Under the pieces are notes generated by a model. That model searched no databases. It saw nothing but the letters and a program-made list of their open reading frames with translations, and was not told where the DNA came from. Below are positions 61,775-64,000 of a stretch of 64,000 nucleotides of DNA, piece by piece. The stretch spans positions 147,633 through 211,632 of the forward strand of contig JASLYX010000003.1 in assembly GCA_030739585.1 (NCBI GenBank), read 5' to 3'. This DNA is from Candidatus Bathyarchaeota archaeon (GTDB lineage: Archaea; Thermoproteota; Bathyarchaeia; TCS64). The position numbers and the translations under genes are program-made. Numbering within the stretch: the first letter of the stretch is position 1; each line of letters starts with the position of its first letter.

Positions 61775-61826
61775 TCATCTCCGCAATTCTTAATTGCTAT
61801 ATTAGTTGAAACCATCCTGATAATTC

Positions 61827-62171
61827 ATGAAGTCAACTCGAATAGGTGACGCACCTAAATTTAGTCCTGTGAAAGGTGCTATGATGGAACTAATAGGTGA
61901 TGGTGAGCGAATGACCTTTATCCGGATCACATCCCAACCAGGCGTAACCTTTCCAAATCATTCCCATCATCACGAACAGATAGGAACCTGTATAGAAGGA
62001 AAAGGGATTCTTTCATGTGGCGAGATAGAGTTAGAAGTCAAGCCAGGGCATTCATGGGTTGTATCGCCAAACGAAATACACAAATTTGTAACCGGAGATG
62101 AACTAACAATCATTTACGAGTCATGGAGCCCACCACGGGAGGATTACCGCGAGCTCGCGAAAATGATTTAA
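61827..62171 (+). CDS. single-domain cupin protein
   Basis: …FPNHSHHHEQIGTCIEGKG… and …GHSWVVSPNEIHKF… fit the two cupin motifs. Confidence 0.6.
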   Translation: MKSTRIGDAPKFSPVKGAMMELIGDGERMTFIRITSQPGVTFPNHSHHHEQIGTCIEGKGILSCGEIELEVKPGHSWVVSPNEIHKFVTGDELTIIYESWSPPREDYRELAKMI

Positions 62172-62208
62172 TCAGTTTTATCTTTATCATCTTCCGGAGA
62201 TTATTTTT

Positions 62209-63708
62209 GTGTCTGAAAATTTGAGGAAAGTCCTTGAAGATATCATAAAGGCTGGTTACCAGCTTACAGCAGACGGGTTTGAGTATCTCAAGACCTTAGA
62301 AGGCGAGAGCCTCGGGGAAAGTGTTCAAGGCGCACTTACCCACGCTTCTAATACTTCACCAGAAATAACGATTCTAGACAAGGCCTTTCTTCAGGATGTC
62401 TACAAGAAAGATGAGAGGATCCCCAAAGCCTTCACATTTGCTTCCCGCACCCCCCGGACCAAACCCCTAGCTGCTGAATACGACGAACTGATACGTTTAC
62501 CCGAGAATATTCCGGGGGAACCCGAAGGTAACATTAACGGATACTTAGAGCTTTTCCGGAATCGTTTCAGTAAGTTGGAGCGTATCCTCCGTCACCGGAT
62601 TGATGTCAGAGACGCAGTCTCCATTAAAAGCGCGTTAAAAATGCCCCTCAAGTCAAAGTTGAAGGTTATCGGCATTGTAACAACAAGGAGGTCTAGAGGT
62701 CATCGTTTATTTTTAGACATCGAGGATCGGGAGGATTCAATCACCGTGATGGCGACAGACAGCGAAGTGGTTCGAAAAGGGCTTTCTATCCTCCAGGATC
62801 AGGTTCTTTGTATAGATGCTATTAAGTACCGTCAGGACCTCCTCGTCGCTAAAGACTTTATCTGGCCGGATATTCCAAGTAAACCCCCAAACAGATCAAA
62901 AGAGCCTTTATGTGCCGCGTTTCTATCGGACATCCATATTGGTAGCATCCACTTCAATAAAGAGCTCTTTGATCGTTTCACCCGTTGGATGAATCTCGAA
63001 TTAGGTTCTCTGCAGTCCAAGAAGCTCGCAGGCCGGGTAAAATACGTAATTATCGCCGGGGACCTCGTAGATGGCATCGGGGTTTATCCAAACCAAATAA
63101 GGGAACTCGAGATCACAGATATACGGGAGCAATACAAGATCGCAGGGATGCTTCTTCAGGAACTCCCTGAATATGTTGAGATCATCATTATTCCAGGCAA
63201 CCACGACGCAGTCAGGAAGAGTTTACCCCAGGATCCACTCTCCCGGGAATACGCTGAGGTCTTAGACGAGAACGCAAGGATTCACCTCTACGGGAATCCA
63301 AGTCGTCTCCAACTTCATAACGTTGAGACGTTCATAAGTCACGGAAAGGCCCTTGACGAGATCTTGGCACATGCCCCCGGTCTCGAATTTCAAAAACCGG
63401 TAGAAGGCATGGAACTTCTCCTTCGTTGCAGACACGTAGCCCCCACCTACGGTAGTTCGACACCTATCGCCCCGGAGAGGGAGGACCGATTAGTGATATC
63501 AACTACCCCCGATATCTTCCATATGGGGCATATCCACATTTTTGGAACCAAGAAATATAAAGGATCAACCTTAATTGCCTCTGCATCTTGGCAGAATCAA
63601 ACACCCTTCCAGGTACGGGTCAACCTTACACCAACGATCGGAGTCGCTCCAATTGTAGACCTCCAGACCCATAAAGTTATACCCATTGACTTCAAGAAAT
63701 TTGGGTAG
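62209..63708 (+). CDS. DNA polymerase II (PolD) small subunit DP1 (calcineurin-like phosphodiesterase domain)
   Basis: C-terminal FLSDIHIGS, IIAGDLVDGIG, IIIPGNHDA, HMGHIHIFG PDE motifs. ~500 aa with N-terminal OB-like region. DP2 lies 4.5 kb away. Confidence 0.75.
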   Translation: MSENLRKVLEDIIKAGYQLTADGFEYLKTLEGESLGESVQGALTHASNTSPEITILDKAFLQDVYKKDERIPKAFTFASRTPRTKPLAAEYDELIRLPENIPGEPEGNINGYLELFRNRFSKLERILRHRIDVRDAVSIKSALKMPLKSKLKVIGIVTTRRSRGHRLFLDIEDREDSITVMATDSEVVRKGLSILQDQVLCIDAIKYRQDLLVAKDFIWPDIPSKPPNRSKEPLCAAFLSDIHIGSIHFNKELFDRFTRWMNLELGSLQSKKLAGRVKYVIIAGDLVDGIGVYPNQIRELEITDIREQYKIAGMLLQELPEYVEIIIIPGNHDAVRKSLPQDPLSREYAEVLDENARIHLYGNPSRLQLHNVETFISHGKALDEILAHAPGLEFQKPVEGMELLLRCRHVAPTYGSSTPIAPEREDRLVISTTPDIFHMGHIHIFGTKKYKGSTLIASASWQNQTPFQVRVNLTPTIGVAPIVDLQTHKVIPIDFKKFG

Positions 63709-64000
63709 ACTCACAGGCCGCCAACTCCACTACTCTAGCAAGCTGATGGGGTCAGCTTATCAACACAAAAGTCTTGAGGTCTGCCATGTAGCCTTCTGAA
63801 CTGAATTTTATGACCAAAAATAGATCTCCACTTTTCCCTGAATTACTCGAGTGCTATGAATTTCATCCCACCTTTTCGATATTACCCATCTTCACTCCCA
63901 GATAGGAAAGTGTGTCTTTATTATCGTATACCCTGCACTATGTATGGCTTTTTTGCAAAATTGATGACGATAAGGTTTCACGTTTTTTGTGATTCATATA

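Overview
The window looks archaeal. It contains the DNA polymerase II (PolD) large subunit at 54273-57674 (-) and a candidate small subunit at 62209-63708 (+). It also contains a four-OB-fold RPA, Alba, an Elf1-like Zn-ribbon factor, an unannotated Sec61beta/SecG, a geranylgeranylglyceryl-phosphate synthase, NH3-dependent NAD synthetase, two tungsten-type aldehyde:ferredoxin oxidoreductases with MoaD and a polyferredoxin, an MscS channel and a stomatin. There are two tRNAs: tRNA-Thr(UGU), and a tRNA-Met/Ile(CAU) with a ~32-nt non-canonical insertion. GC is about 50% outside two AT-rich patches. Coding density is high, with no CRISPR, rRNA or obvious transposase.

The central ~20 kb (12.6-36 kb) is an accessory-looking island dense in peptide and amidine catabolism genes. 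It has five M24 pita-bread hydrolases (two in tandem), three AstE/AspA-type zinc deacylases, a creatininase-family amidohydrolase, an S9 prolyl-oligopeptidase-type peptidase and a metal-dependent amidohydrolase. It also has an HExxH metallopeptidase-like protein, a class-I aminotransferase, a family-III CoA-transferase, an Old-Yellow-Enzyme/2,4-dienoyl-CoA-reductase-type flavoenzyme, gamma-glutamyltransferase and alanine racemase. Five paralogues of an unnamed ~250-280 aa bicupin family, including two tandem pairs, are interleaved with these genes and are the most conspicuous unexplained signal.

Other oddities are a recurring (CG)3-4 motif almost confined to intergenic DNA, and a 4Fe-4S gene split by a frameshift at a (GA)n/G5 tract. 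A SWIM-finger ORF lacks a start codon. There are AT-rich islets, one carrying a TGTGATATCACA palindrome beside a membrane-anchored wHTH regulator. A divergent nitroreductase/ATP-grasp pair flanks a 500-bp ORF-free spacer.
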